NCBI GenBank assembly: GCA_012842725.1
Contig: DUSG01000066.1
Span: 1 to 39,589 of the forward strand
Origin: Clostridiales bacterium
Lineage (GTDB): Bacteria; Bacillota; Clostridia; Lutisporales; Lutisporaceae
Direction: 5' to 3'
DNA length: 39,589 nt
The position numbers and the translations under genes were made by a program. Positions within the stretch are counted from its first letter, which is position 1, and each line of letters starts with the position of its first letter. Under the pieces are notes generated by a model that was given only the letters and a program-made list of their open reading frames with translations, did no database searches and was not told where the DNA came from. This document shows positions 10,609 through 19,405 of the stretch, piece by piece.

Positions 10609-11955
10609 ATGAAAAAGAATTGGGCTAGGGAAGAAGCCTTCCTGATTTTAAATAATATAATCGATAAGGGAGCATATTCAAATATTGAACTAAGGAAAAG
10701 GTTGAACAAATCGAATCTCACAAAACTAGACAAAGCCTTGGTTACAGAAATAGTAAATGGCACCCTTAGAAATTTGATTTATATAGATTGGGTAATAAAA
10801 AAATTCTCCAGTATAAAAGAAGAAAAAATATCACCCACCGTAAGGAATATTATTAGAAGCGGAATATATCAAATACTATTTCTTGACAAGATACCTGATT
10901 CAGCAGTCTGCAACGAAAGCGTTGAATTAGCTAAAAAATACGATAATATTGGTTCTGCCAGATTTGTAAATGGCCTACTGAGAAATATATCGAGAAAAAA
11001 AGATAGTATAGGATATCCCTATGAAAAGGATTTGGTAGAATATCTTTCAATTAAATACTCACATCCTAAATGGTTGATGGAAATATGGTTAGAACAATAT
11101 GGTGAAGATTTTACTGAAGAATTGATAAAAAGCAATAATGAAACTCCTCCTCTCACAATAAGAATTAATAGGTTGAAGACAAATAAGCTGGAAGTGAAAG
11201 ATATTCTTGAATCATATGGTACTGAATGTGCTGACGGATTATATAATGAGGAAGCATTAAGAGTAAAGGGAACTGAGTCAATCGAAAGCATTGATATATT
11301 CAACCAAGGTTATTTTACGGTTCAGGACGAAAGCTCCATGCTTGTAAGTAAGATAATGAATCCAAGACCAGGTTGGCTAATATTGGATGTTTGCAGCGCA
11401 CCTGGGGGAAAAGCTGCACATATGGCAGAATTAATGAATAATGAAGGAAAAATAATTGCCAGAGATATACATGAACATAAATTAGAATTGATCAATAACA
11501 CTTGTGATAGACTTGGAATAAAAATTGTTGAGACTCAATTATTTGATGCACGCAATGTAGATGAATACTATATAGGAAAAGCAGATGGTGTATTGGTTGA
11601 TGCTCCTTGTAGCGGATTAGGACTATTAAGGCGGAAGCCGGATCTTAGATGGAAAAAGAAACCGGATGATTTAAGCGAGCTACGCAATCTACAGTATTCA
11701 ATTCTAGAAATCAGTTCTCATTACCTAAAAAAAGGTGGAGCGCTGGTTTATAGCACATGTACTTTAAACAGTAAAGAAAATATCGATGTTATAAATAGAT
11801 TTATTGAGAATAATAAAGATTTTTATTTAGATAATATAGAAAACCTGATACCTGAAAATCTGTATGCACCTAATGCCAAGGAAGGATATATAGAACTGTA
11901 TCCCAATATTCATAAGACTGATGGTTTTTTTATTGCAAAAATGATTAGAAAATGA
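10609..11955 (+). CDS. rsmB: 16S rRNA m5C967 methyltransferase RsmB (Sun)
   Basis: NusB-like N-terminus, VQDESS, LDVCSAPGGK, DAPCSGLG, VYSTCT, DGFFIA; ATG 10609 after AGGAG. Confidence 0.96.
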   Translation: MKKNWAREEAFLILNNIIDKGAYSNIELRKRLNKSNLTKLDKALVTEIVNGTLRNLIYIDWVIKKFSSIKEEKISPTVRNIIRSGIYQILFLDKIPDSAVCNESVELAKKYDNIGSARFVNGLLRNISRKKDSIGYPYEKDLVEYLSIKYSHPKWLMEIWLEQYGEDFTEELIKSNNETPPLTIRINRLKTNKLEVKDILESYGTECADGLYNEEALRVKGTESIESIDIFNQGYFTVQDESSMLVSKIMNPRPGWLILDVCSAPGGKAAHMAELMNNEGKIIARDIHEHKLELINNTCDRLGIKIVETQLFDARNVDEYYIGKADGVLVDAPCSGLGLLRRKPDLRWKKKPDDLSELRNLQYSILEISSHYLKKGGALVYSTCTLNSKENIDVINRFIENNKDFYLDNIENLIPENLYAPNAKEGYIELYPNIHKTDGFFIAKMIRK

Positions 11956-11969
11956 TGGAAGTGGGCATA

Positions 11970-13007
11970 ATGGTAAAATCAAACATTAAAAATCTAACTT
12001 ATGAAGAATTGGAAAGATTATTAGTTGACAAAGGTTTTCCAAGATATAGAGCAAACCAGATATTTAAATGGATTTATAAAGATGTAGAAGAATTTGAAGA
12101 CATGAATAATTTGCCTAAAGATATTATTAATTATTTAAATGACAACTTTTATATAGGTATAGCACGTGTAATAGATAAACAACAATCCAAGGATGGTACG
12201 ATTAAATACCTTCTTGGTCTAGAAGATAATAATGCAGTAGAATGTGTGCTGATGAAATACAAGCATGGTTATTCCATTTGTATTTCCAGCCAGGTAGGCT
12301 GTAGAATGAATTGTAGTTTTTGTGCATCAACAGAAGGTGGATTGGTGAGGAATCTTAGATCCGGAGAAATGATTGAAGAGATTATGGCTGTAGAAAGAGA
12401 AAGCGGAATTAAAATTTCAAATATAGTAATTATGGGCATTGGAGAACCTTTTGACAATTATGATGAAGTGATGAAATTTCTTAGAACGATTAATCATAGG
12501 GATGGTATCAATATCGGCATGAGACATATAACAATTTCAACCTCAGGACTGGTTCCTGCTATTTATAAGTTCGCTGATGAAAATCTTCAATGCAATTTAG
12601 CCATATCATTGCACAGTGCCAAAGATGAAATTAGAAACAAACTGATGCCGATAAATCGAAAATATAACATTGCAGAATTAATGAAGGCTTGTGATTATTA
12701 TATTGAAAAGACAAACAGAAGAATTACATTTGAATACGCCTTAATAGATGGCATAAACGATAGTAAGGAGGATGCAAAAGCGCTGTCTAGACTGTTAAAA
12801 GGTAAATTATGCCATATTAATCTTATACCTATAAATCCTGTTAAAGGTAATGAGTATAAAAGATCAGAACTAAACAGTATTAAAGAGTTTATGAAAATAA
12901 TTAAAGATAACGGGATTCCTGTCACTTTAAGAAGAGAATTGGGAACAGACATTGAGGGAGCTTGCGGACAACTGAGGAAAAGTTATCTAAATGATTCGGT
13001 TAACTGA
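11970..13007 (+). CDS. rlmN: 23S rRNA m2A2503 / tRNA radical SAM methyltransferase RlmN
   Basis: SSQVGCRMNCSFC (CxxxCxxC), MGIGEP, ISLH, C-terminal GACGQL. The start could be 11952-11970. Confidence 0.95.
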   Translation: MVKSNIKNLTYEELERLLVDKGFPRYRANQIFKWIYKDVEEFEDMNNLPKDIINYLNDNFYIGIARVIDKQQSKDGTIKYLLGLEDNNAVECVLMKYKHGYSICISSQVGCRMNCSFCASTEGGLVRNLRSGEMIEEIMAVERESGIKISNIVIMGIGEPFDNYDEVMKFLRTINHRDGINIGMRHITISTSGLVPAIYKFADENLQCNLAISLHSAKDEIRNKLMPINRKYNIAELMKACDYYIEKTNRRITFEYALIDGINDSKEDAKALSRLLKGKLCHINLIPINPVKGNEYKRSELNSIKEFMKIIKDNGIPVTLRRELGTDIEGACGQLRKSYLNDSVN

Positions 13008-13176
13008 TAATAAAAGTGTTTCAGTTTACTTTATTAAATTAATTAGATATCATATATGTTTAAAAAATATTAAGAATTTAGGTTAGTTTAATGTAAAAAA
13101 TATACAGATAATCTTTTACATATGAAAAAGATTAAATGATAGGGATATGCATTGATAATGATAGAAGTAAATAAAA

Positions 13177-13201
13177 AGGAATTTTAAATAGAATGTCGAA
13201 A
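13177..13201 (+). promoter_or_regulatory. Putative SigH-like promoter with an overlapping Spo0A box, upstream of stp1-pknB
   Basis: AGGA-17 nt-GAAA (consensus AGGA-N17-GAAT); TGTCGAA at 13194-13200 matches the 0A box TGNCGAA. Confidence 0.45.
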
Positions 13202-13257
13202 TAATAACTTTTGAATGTAAAATCATGATTTATTTGATAAAAGATTGAGGTGTTTTG

Positions 13258-14028
13258 ATGAGGGCTTATGGAGTTTCTCATATCGGTTTGGTAAGAAAAG
13301 TGAATGAAGACTCTTTTTACTTTCAGGATAGATATGAATATGATAAACCTTATTTATGTATAGTAGCTGATGGAATGGGAGGACATAACGCAGGTGAAAT
13401 TGCAAGCAAGATGGCAGTTTCAGAAGTAAAGAACTTTATGGAAGAAGCTTTAGGAAAAGCTTGCGACTATCAGATAGAAGACTATAAAAAACTGGTAACA
13501 GATGCTTTTTTATTTGCAAATGAAAAGGTATATAAACGTTCTATAGAAAACAAAACTTTATCTGGTATGGGGACAACACTAACATTAGCGCTGATCATAA
13601 AAAACAATCTTGTGATAGGACATGTAGGAGACAGCAGAATGTATCTGATAAGAGATGAGAAGATATCTAAGATAACAGAAGACCATTCCTATGTAGCTGA
13701 GTTGATAAAGAATGGGACAATAAAACCGGAAGAAGCTATGCACCATCCACAGAAAAATCTAATAACAAGAGCTTTAGGAACTTCAAAGGATTTAAAAGTC
13801 GATGTAAAAAACATAACTATAAATGACAGAGACTTTATTCTTATATGTACCGATGGCTTGTCTAATATGCTTTCTGATGAGGAAATACTTGATACAGTTA
13901 TATCTGTTAAAGATTATAAAACCATATGTCATGAATTGGTGAACAAGGCTAACCTCAATGGCGGCTTTGATAATGTGACAGTAGTTGTTATTGATGTTCA
14001 GCTAGGGGGTGTAGATAATGATAGGTAA
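13258..14028 (+). CDS. prpC: PP2C-type Ser/Thr phosphatase (Stp1/PrpC)
   Basis: RKVNED, VADGMGGHNAGE, GMGTT, HVGDSR, CTDGL, GGFDN. Confidence 0.95.
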   Translation: MRAYGVSHIGLVRKVNEDSFYFQDRYEYDKPYLCIVADGMGGHNAGEIASKMAVSEVKNFMEEALGKACDYQIEDYKKLVTDAFLFANEKVYKRSIENKTLSGMGTTLTLALIIKNNLVIGHVGDSRMYLIRDEKISKITEDHSYVAELIKNGTIKPEEAMHHPQKNLITRALGTSKDLKVDVKNITINDRDFILICTDGLSNMLSDEEILDTVISVKDYKTICHELVNKANLNGGFDNVTVVVIDVQLGGVDNDR

Positions 14029-15907
14029 AGTACTTGGAGGTAGATATGAAATACTTGAAAAGATAGGCGGAGGAGGCATGGCTCTTGTTTACAAAGCCAA
14101 ATGCCGGCTATTAAATAGATATGTTGCAGTAAAAATTCTGAGGTCTGAATTCACCAACGATGAGGAATTTGTCAAAAAATTCAAGAGAGAATCCCAAGCC
14201 GCAGCAAGTCTTTCTCATCCTAACATTGTGAGCATATATGATGTTGGAATGGAAGATGATATATATTATATAGTTATGGAATATATAAAGGGTCAGACAT
14301 TAAAGGAATTGATAAAATCTAAGGGTGCTTTGGGTATAGAATTAGCAACCAATATTTCCCTTCAGATTGCTTCTGCTTTAGAACATGCTCATGCTAATCA
14401 CATAGTTCACAGAGATATTAAATCTCACAACATAATGATAAAAGACGATTATACTGTCAAGGTTACTGATTTCGGTATTGCGAGAGCAGTATCTTCAACA
14501 ACGATAACCAATACTGGAAATATTATTGGTTCTGTTCATTATTTTTCTCCTGAACAAGCTCGCGGTGGTTATACTGATGAAAAATCGGATATTTATTCTT
14601 TAGGTGTTGTTATGTATGAGATGGTAACAGGAAGAATCCCGTTTGAAGGAGAGACTCCTATATCTGTTGCGTTGAAGCATATTCAGGAAGAACCAAAAAA
14701 GCCAAGAAACATAAACAGTAAAATACCAAAAAGCTTAGAAGACATAATATTGAAAGCCATGGAAAAGGACGTTAACAAAAGATATAGCAGTGTAACAGAG
14801 ATTATTGCTGATTTGAAGCAGTCGCTAATAATGCCAAACGGAGATTTTGTAAAGAAAAATGTAACTGCAGATGAAAATACCAAAATAATGGAACCTATTA
14901 GATATACAGATGTGAAAGAAGAATTAGATAGAAAAATAAAAGCAGAAGAAAAAACGAAAAAATCTAAAAGCAATAAAAAAATAACAGTTCTTGCAATTCT
15001 TTCGGGACTGATGCTTGCAGTTTTGGTCTTTGCTGGCTACATGTTTTTGAATAGTATTTTTAATGTTAAAGTTGTAAAAGTACCTAATATTATAGGCTAC
15101 AGTGAGGAGGATGCCAGGAAAGAACTTGAGGCTTTAGGACTAGTTATGGATGTCGCAGAAGAAAGAGTGTTTAATAAAGATGTACCTGAAGGTCATGTGG
15201 TTATTCAGGATCCTAAACCAGAAACACAAAACAAAATAACAAATCCAGTAAGGGTTATAATCAGCAAAGGGCCTAAGAAAGTTGAAGTTCCGAATATAGT
15301 AGGAAAAAATTATGATGAAGTTGACATAATATTAGAGAGCTATGGATTGGAAGAAGGAGAAGTAACACAAGAATACAGCCAATTTCCTAGCGGTGTGGTA
15401 ATAAGACAAAGCATTACCCCTGGATTAACTGTCGATGAAGGTACGAAAATTGATTATGTTATAAGTGGGGGACCAGAGAAATTTTTCATGACGGATTTTA
15501 CAGGAACGAATATTGAAGAAGTAAAGAATCAACTCATTGTTTTGGATTTGATTTTAGGCGATGTCAGTGAAGAGTATAGTGATGAAATACCTGCAGGAAG
15601 TGTCATAAGACAAAGTCCAAAAGCAGGTACAGAAGTAAGCAAAAAGAGTGTTGTTAACTTTGTAATAAGCAAAGGGCCTAAAGAACCTGAAAAAAAGACA
15701 TATTTGAATGTTAATTTGCCAAAGAATCTTGATACTATGAAAGTTACTATATTTAAAATAGAAGGGGATAAAAGCTCTCTGATTTATGAAAATACACATA
15801 CACCGGCAGATAGTCCTTTAAAAATAGAAGTAAATGGTACTGGAGAGGTATTATTCGAGGTTTATATAAACAACAGTTTTCATGATAGTACAATCTATCG
15901 TTTTTAG
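14018..15907 (+). CDS. pknB: PASTA-domain Ser/Thr protein kinase (PknB/PrkC)
   Basis: GGGGMA, VAVK, HRDIK, DFGIAR, YFSPEQ; one TM segment then three PASTA repeats (VPNIIG, VPNIVG, MTDFTG). Confidence 0.96.
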   Translation: MIGKVLGGRYEILEKIGGGGMALVYKAKCRLLNRYVAVKILRSEFTNDEEFVKKFKRESQAAASLSHPNIVSIYDVGMEDDIYYIVMEYIKGQTLKELIKSKGALGIELATNISLQIASALEHAHANHIVHRDIKSHNIMIKDDYTVKVTDFGIARAVSSTTITNTGNIIGSVHYFSPEQARGGYTDEKSDIYSLGVVMYEMVTGRIPFEGETPISVALKHIQEEPKKPRNINSKIPKSLEDIILKAMEKDVNKRYSSVTEIIADLKQSLIMPNGDFVKKNVTADENTKIMEPIRYTDVKEELDRKIKAEEKTKKSKSNKKITVLAILSGLMLAVLVFAGYMFLNSIFNVKVVKVPNIIGYSEEDARKELEALGLVMDVAEERVFNKDVPEGHVVIQDPKPETQNKITNPVRVIISKGPKKVEVPNIVGKNYDEVDIILESYGLEEGEVTQEYSQFPSGVVIRQSITPGLTVDEGTKIDYVISGGPEKFFMTDFTGTNIEEVKNQLIVLDLILGDVSEEYSDEIPAGSVIRQSPKAGTEVSKKSVVNFVISKGPKEPEKKTYLNVNLPKNLDTMKVTIFKIEGDKSSLIYENTHTPADSPLKIEVNGTGEVLFEVYINNSFHDSTIYRF

Positions 15908-15919
15908 CGGAGGATGATT

Positions 15920-16792
15920 ATGGTATCAGGCACAATTATAAAAGGTATAGGTGGTTTCTATTACGTTGATACAGGTGATAATATATATGAATGTAGAGCT
16001 AGGGGAAAGTTTAGAAAAGATAATATAATACCTTTAGTTGGAGATATAGTAGATATAGAAGTAGATGAAAGAACTAAGCAAGGATATATTATAAATATAC
16101 ATGAAAGAAAGAACCAATTGATAAGACCTATGGTTGCAAATGTTGATCAAGTAGTTATTGTATTTGCTATTAAAAAGCCTGATATAGACATGTCTCTGCT
16201 ACAGAAATTTTTAGTTTATGCTGAATACATTGGTTTGAAGATCCTTGTTTGCCTTAATAAAGTAGATTTAGACCAGGAAAATGAGGCAGAACCTATTATA
16301 AAAATGTTATCAAGTGTACCTTATGATTATATTTGCACCAGTATAATGGAGAATATAGGAATAGATGAGTTGAGAGATAAACTTAAAGAACATGTATCAG
16401 TATTTGCAGGGCCTTCTGGTGTTGGCAAGTCTTCACTGCTTAATGCTGTCAATCCAGGTCTGTATTTAAAGACAGGAGAAATAAGTCGTAAAACAGAAAG
16501 GGGTACCCATACAACAAGACATGCAGAACTTTTAAAACTGAGTTCTGGAGGTATGGTTGTGGACACTCCTGGTTTCACCTCTTTTGATTTGAAAGATATT
16601 GAAGAGTTAGAACTGCAATACTTATTCCCGGAATTTAATGATTATATGAATTGCCGATATCCGTCATGCAAGCATTATAAAGAGCCAGATTGCGGGGTTA
16701 AGCAGGCGTTGGAGAAGGGATATATAAATCCTATAAGGTATGAATACTATATACAGATTTTATGTGATTTAATGAAAAATAGGAGGTATTAA
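15920..16792 (+). CDS. rsgA: Ribosome small subunit-dependent GTPase A
   Basis: Circularly permuted GTPase (NKVD, GPSGVGKSS, HTTR, DTPG) and C-terminal C-C-H-C zinc finger. Confidence 0.96.
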   Translation: MVSGTIIKGIGGFYYVDTGDNIYECRARGKFRKDNIIPLVGDIVDIEVDERTKQGYIINIHERKNQLIRPMVANVDQVVIVFAIKKPDIDMSLLQKFLVYAEYIGLKILVCLNKVDLDQENEAEPIIKMLSSVPYDYICTSIMENIGIDELRDKLKEHVSVFAGPSGVGKSSLLNAVNPGLYLKTGEISRKTERGTHTTRHAELLKLSSGGMVVDTPGFTSFDLKDIEELELQYLFPEFNDYMNCRYPSCKHYKEPDCGVKQALEKGYINPIRYEYYIQILCDLMKNRRY

Positions 16793-16793
16793 A

Positions 16794-17471
16794 TTGATAA
16801 AAATTGCCCCATCTATATTATCGGCAAATTTTGCTAATTTGGAATCAGATATTAAAACCGTAGAAGAAGCCGGTGCTGATATGCTACATATAGATGTTAT
16901 GGATGGTCATTTTGTTCCAAATATAACTATAGGTGCACCTGTTGTAAAAAGTTTGAGGAAAGTTACTAATATGATTTTTGATGTTCATTTAATGATAGAT
17001 AATCCGGAGAAATACATCAAAGATTTTGTTGATGCCGGGGCGGATATAATAACTGTACATGTAGAAGCAACCAAGCATATTCACAGGCTTTTGCAGATGA
17101 TAAAACAAGAAGGTATAAAAGCAAGTGTAGCATTAAATCCTGCTACACCAATTTATATTTTAGACTATGTACTGGATGAACTAGATATGATTTTGATTAT
17201 GTCCGTAAATCCTGGTTTTGGTGGACAAACTTTTATTCCTGCAATATATGAAAAGATAACAAAACTTAAAGAATACTTGTTGGGACGCGGAAAATCGATA
17301 CCAATTCAGGTTGATGGAGGCATAGGGTTAAACAATATAGATAAAGTATGTAAATGTGGGGCAGAAATAATTGTATCAGGTTCTGCTATTTTCAATTCAG
17401 ATAATATCAAAGAAACAATAATGAAAATGAAAAAGGCAGATGAAATAAATGAAGACAGCAATAATCTGTAA
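16794..17471 (+). CDS. rpe: Ribulose-phosphate 3-epimerase
   Basis: IAPSILSA, HIDVMDGHFVPN, MSVNPGFGGQ, VDGG; TTG start after AGGAGG. Confidence 0.97.
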   Translation: MIKIAPSILSANFANLESDIKTVEEAGADMLHIDVMDGHFVPNITIGAPVVKSLRKVTNMIFDVHLMIDNPEKYIKDFVDAGADIITVHVEATKHIHRLLQMIKQEGIKASVALNPATPIYILDYVLDELDMILIMSVNPGFGGQTFIPAIYEKITKLKEYLLGRGKSIPIQVDGGIGLNNIDKVCKCGAEIIVSGSAIFNSDNIKETIMKMKKADEINEDSNNL

Positions 17472-18081
17472 TGGGAATATAACGGATTATGAGTATGTAA
17501 TTGAGATAATAAAGAAAACAGATTATGTAATATGTGCAGACGGCGGAACAAGACATGCATTTAAAATGGGAATAATTCCTGATTTGATAATAGGAGATTT
17601 CGATTCTTCAGATAATGAATATACAGAATATTTTGAAAATAAAGGGGTAAAGGTAGAAAAGTATCCAATTGAAAAAGACAAAACCGATAGTCATATATGC
17701 GTATTGAAAGCCATGGATTTTTCAAAAGAAATAGTCTTGATAGGAGCTACAGGCAGTAGGGTGGATCACTCTTTGGCTAATATTTCTTTATTAAAACTTG
17801 GGATTGATAGAGGTATTAAAATCTATATTGCAGATAAACAGAATGAAATATATTTAATAAATGATGAAATTTCTATAAAAGGCCATTTAGGTGAGTTTTT
17901 CTCATTGTTTTCTTTATCAGAAAAGGTGGAAGGTATAAGTATTAGTGGCGCAAAATATACATTGGAGAATCAAACAATCCAAATGGGTGATACACTGGGT
18001 ATCAGCAATGAATTCAAAGATGATATAGTAAAAATAAAAATCAAAAAAGGATATTTATTGGTTATTAAATCGCAAGATTGA
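17449..18081 (+). CDS. thiN: Thiamine pyrophosphokinase
   Basis: CADGG, IIGDFDS, EKDKTD, GATGSRVDH, GISNE. Confidence 0.95.
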   Translation: MKTAIICNGNITDYEYVIEIIKKTDYVICADGGTRHAFKMGIIPDLIIGDFDSSDNEYTEYFENKGVKVEKYPIEKDKTDSHICVLKAMDFSKEIVLIGATGSRVDHSLANISLLKLGIDRGIKIYIADKQNEIYLINDEISIKGHLGEFFSLFSLSEKVEGISISGAKYTLENQTIQMGDTLGISNEFKDDIVKIKIKKGYLLVIKSQD

Positions 18082-18092
18082 GTAACAAAACG

Positions 18093-18137
18093 ACCTTTAT
18101 ACGAGTATTATGTAACATATAAGTATAAAGGTTTTTT
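18093..18137 (+). terminator. Putative terminator after thiN
   Basis: ACCTTTATAC ... GTATAAAGGT inverted repeat followed by a T-run. Confidence 0.5.
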
Positions 18138-18155
18138 ATTTTGGGAGGAATCAGC

Positions 18156-18311
18156 ATGGGATATTCTTATAGGAGATTAGCCGGTTTATTGTGTATAATT
18201 TTTGCTGCAGCTATTATTGTTAGAATATTGCCTGTCTGGGCTTGGTATATTTTAGTAACTATACTAATTGGTTCAATTTGTTATCTGATATATATTTCAT
18301 TTTTTAGCTAG
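18156..18311 (+). CDS. Unannotated 51-aa two-helix membrane microprotein
   Basis: GGGAGG RBS then ATG; MGYSYRRLAGLLCIIFAAAIIVRILPVWAWYILVTILIGSICYLIYISFFS*; below the ORF-track length cutoff. Confidence 0.8.
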   Translation: MGYSYRRLAGLLCIIFAAAIIVRILPVWAWYILVTILIGSICYLIYISFFS

Positions 18312-18323
18312 GGAGGTAAAGTT

Positions 18324-18476
18324 ATGAGCCTAAAAAAGAAAAAAAAGGTTGTAGGACTTCTCGTTTTTTCAATTGGTCTTGGTATCTTATTAGCAATAAC
18401 TATGCCTCTAATGGGTTGGATATTTTTATCAGCAATTGCATTGATTTATGCAGGAATATATTTATACAAAAACTAA
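18324..18476 (+). CDS. Unannotated 50-aa two-helix membrane microprotein
   Basis: GGGAGGT RBS right after the previous stop; MSLKKKKKVVGLLVFSIGLGILLAITMPLMGWIFLSAIALIYAGIYLYKN*. Confidence 0.82.
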   Translation: MSLKKKKKVVGLLVFSIGLGILLAITMPLMGWIFLSAIALIYAGIYLYKN

Positions 18477-18502
18477 AGAAAGGTTTCCATTGAAACCTCT
18501 CT
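18477..18502. terminator. Hairpin closing the microprotein pair
   Basis: AGAAAGGTTTC-CATT-GAAACCTCTCT directly after the second stop codon. Confidence 0.45.
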
Positions 18503-18528
18503 AAAGTCATTTTACTGAATCAATTTTC

Positions 18529-18560
18529 AAAAGGAGTATGGTTCAGTAAGTCCATATTCA
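18529..18560 (-). terminator. Putative rpmB terminator
   Basis: Minus strand reads GAATATGG-ACTTACTGAA-CCATACTC-CTTTT just after the rpmB stop. Confidence 0.5.
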
Positions 18561-18563
18561 GCT

Positions 18564-18755
18564 TTATATAGCTCTTTGCACTTTACCGGATCTAATGCAT
18601 CTGGTGCAAACATGAATTCTCTTTGTAGCACCATTTACAACTGCTCTAACAGTTTTTATATTAGGAAGCCATACTCTCTTACTATGTCTGTTTGAGTGAC
18701 TAACCTTATTTCCTGAAATCATACCTTTTCCGCACACTTCACAATGTCTAGCCAT
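18564..18755 (-). CDS. rpmB: 50S ribosomal protein L28
   Basis: MARHCEVCGKG...GNKVSHSNRHSKR.W.PN...VCTRCIRSGKV; ATG 18755 after AGGAGG. Confidence 0.97.
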   Translation of the reverse strand: MARHCEVCGKGMISGNKVSHSNRHSKRVWLPNIKTVRAVVNGATKRIHVCTRCIRSGKVQRAI

Positions 18756-18801
18756 ATATGCACACCTCCTTCGGTAGATTACTGTCAAATAAAACATTAT
18801 T

Positions 18802-18831
18802 ATTTTAACACATATATTGGGTTAAAAGCAA
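18802..18831 (-). promoter_or_regulatory. Putative SigA promoter of rpmB
   Basis: Minus strand TTGCTT-18 nt-TAAAAT with TG extension. Confidence 0.55.
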
Positions 18832-18974
18832 TAATACCAATAAAATATTTAGTTAAAAAGCCAGAAGTTACTTAATTTTACGATTGTAGATTAATATTAT
18901 TTACGTTTGAAATTATAGAATTAATTTTTTTGTTAAAATATTGTTTAATAAAAATCCACATTACATATTATTTG

Positions 18975-19003
18975 TTGATGAAAATAATAGTATAATATAA
19001 AAT
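18975..19003 (+). promoter_or_regulatory. Putative SigA promoter of asp23-fakA
   Basis: TTGATG-17 nt-TAAAAT, with an overlapping TATAAT at 18991. Confidence 0.4.
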
Positions 19004-19032
19004 ATATTTAAAAAGCAGGAGGCGATATTATA

Positions 19033-19383
19033 ATGCCAGCTAAAATGAGAACAGATATTGGTGAAATATATTTATCTGATGATGTCTTGGCATCCTTGGC
19101 GGGTTTGGCTGCTACTGAGTGTTATGGTATTGTTGGTATGGCTTCAAGAAGTGCTAAGGATGGCATAGTAGAGTTGTTGAAAAGAGAGAACCTCAGTAAA
19201 GGAGTAAAAGTAACTTCTGATGGGGATGAAATAATAATAGATTTATATATCATTGTTGAATTCGGAACTAAGATATCTGTCATAGCAGATAATATAATAA
19301 GCAAAGTAAAATACACTTTAGAAAGTTTAACCGGTTTAAAGGTAAGAAAGGTCAATATAAATGTACAAGGAGTTAGAGTATAG
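19033..19383 (+). CDS. yloU: Asp23/Gls24 family protein (YloU)
   Basis: AATECYGIVGMA, LLKRENLSKGV, VNINVQGVRV; rpmB-yloU-yloV synteny. Confidence 0.93.
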   Translation: MPAKMRTDIGEIYLSDDVLASLAGLAATECYGIVGMASRSAKDGIVELLKRENLSKGVKVTSDGDEIIIDLYIIVEFGTKISVIADNIISKVKYTLESLTGLKVRKVNINVQGVRV

Positions 19384-19405
19384 CTCTATTAAGGAGGTTC
19401 TAAAT

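Noticed and set aside
15070-15680. Repeated segments in pknB (ataagcaaagggcctaa-like sequences)
   Set aside because: Explained by ordinary PASTA domain repeats
18477-18563. Looked for a spoVM peptide ORF after the microprotein pair
   Set aside because: No RBS and start giving a SpoVM-like amphipathic peptide; the interval is occupied by two hairpins
18926-18954. AT-rich inverted repeat starting TTGTTAA, resembling a Rex operator
   Set aside because: The second half-site and spacing do not fit TTGTTAA-N4-TTAACAA, and such matches are likely by chance in very AT-rich DNA
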